Shown here in pieces: positions 12,932 to 13,010 of a stretch of 13,010 nucleotides of DNA. How positions within the stretch are numbered: the first letter of the stretch is position 1; every line of letters begins with the position of its first letter. Under the pieces are notes generated by a model. The model had not been told where the DNA came from. It saw only the letters and a list, made by a program, of their open reading frames with translations, and ran no database searches. This stretch comes from a virus: positions 1 through 13,010 of the IMG/VR virus record IMGVR_UViG_3300045988_106465. The stretch is one strand, 5' to 3'. Position numbers and translations under genes: made by a program.

Positions 12932-13010
12932 TCTGGCATGAAAACGTTCGGAATGGAGCAAACAATGGGGGAACTTTGTTAAATGGTTATCAGTCAATAC
13001 AATAGGCGAG

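Larger units (their letters stand above)
1..13010. mobile_element. ITR-bounded linear dsDNA phage genome, phi29-like protein-primed podovirus, complete or nearly complete
   Basis: Perfect 182-bp inverted repeats sit exactly at both window ends. A protein-primed type PolB is present with a basic/acidic ORF immediately upstream (terminal protein candidate). A full phi29-type module is present: gp16-like ATPase, scaffold, gp8-like MCP, gp9-like knob, gp10-like portal, gp11-like collar, appendage, holin and endolysin. Confidence 0.85.
12829..13010. repeat. Right inverted terminal repeat (182 bp)
   Basis: It is the exact reverse complement of 1-182. Confidence 0.97.

Noticed and set aside
12736-13005. 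89-aa plus-strand ORF running outward through the right ITR
   Set aside because: It has a TTG start with no RBS, points out of the genome end, covers promoter and ITR sequence, and has an odd composition. It would have to be duplicated at the left end, where it is not open.

Overview
The window is bounded by a perfect 182-bp inverted terminal repeat (1-182 is the reverse complement of 12829-13010), and every credible gene lies on the minus strand. Genes are tightly packed, with many overlapping stop/start junctions and strong GGAGG-type ribosome-binding sites. I read it as a complete or nearly complete linear genome of a very small phi29-like, protein-primed podophage of a Gram-positive (Bacillota-like) host. 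Gene order, reading from the right end on the minus strand: two early promoters; a small acidic protein whose frame breaks at a T7 run; a methyltransferase-like N-terminal fragment; a ribbon-helix-helix regulator; SSB; an intrinsic terminator; a putative terminal protein; a protein-primed family-B DNA polymerase; a gp16-like packaging ATPase; a consensus promoter plus a compact structured RNA element; a BhlA-like holin; an NlpC/P60 endolysin; a 44-aa ORF; a PQ-repeat scaffold candidate; a gp8-like major capsid protein; a gp9-like tail knob; a tail lysozyme; a gp10-like portal; a gp11-like lower collar; a beta-helix appendage/tailspike; a terminator; the left ITR. I found no tRNA, rRNA, CRISPR array, integrase or transposase. 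All long plus-strand ORFs look like antisense artefacts. The items most worth follow-up are the genome type itself, the promoter-to-terminator RNA element next to the packaging ATPase (pRNA-like or attenuator), the frameshifted first early gene, and the methyltransferase-like fragment overprinting the RHH gene. All homology statements are by-eye motif recognition from memory, not database searches.
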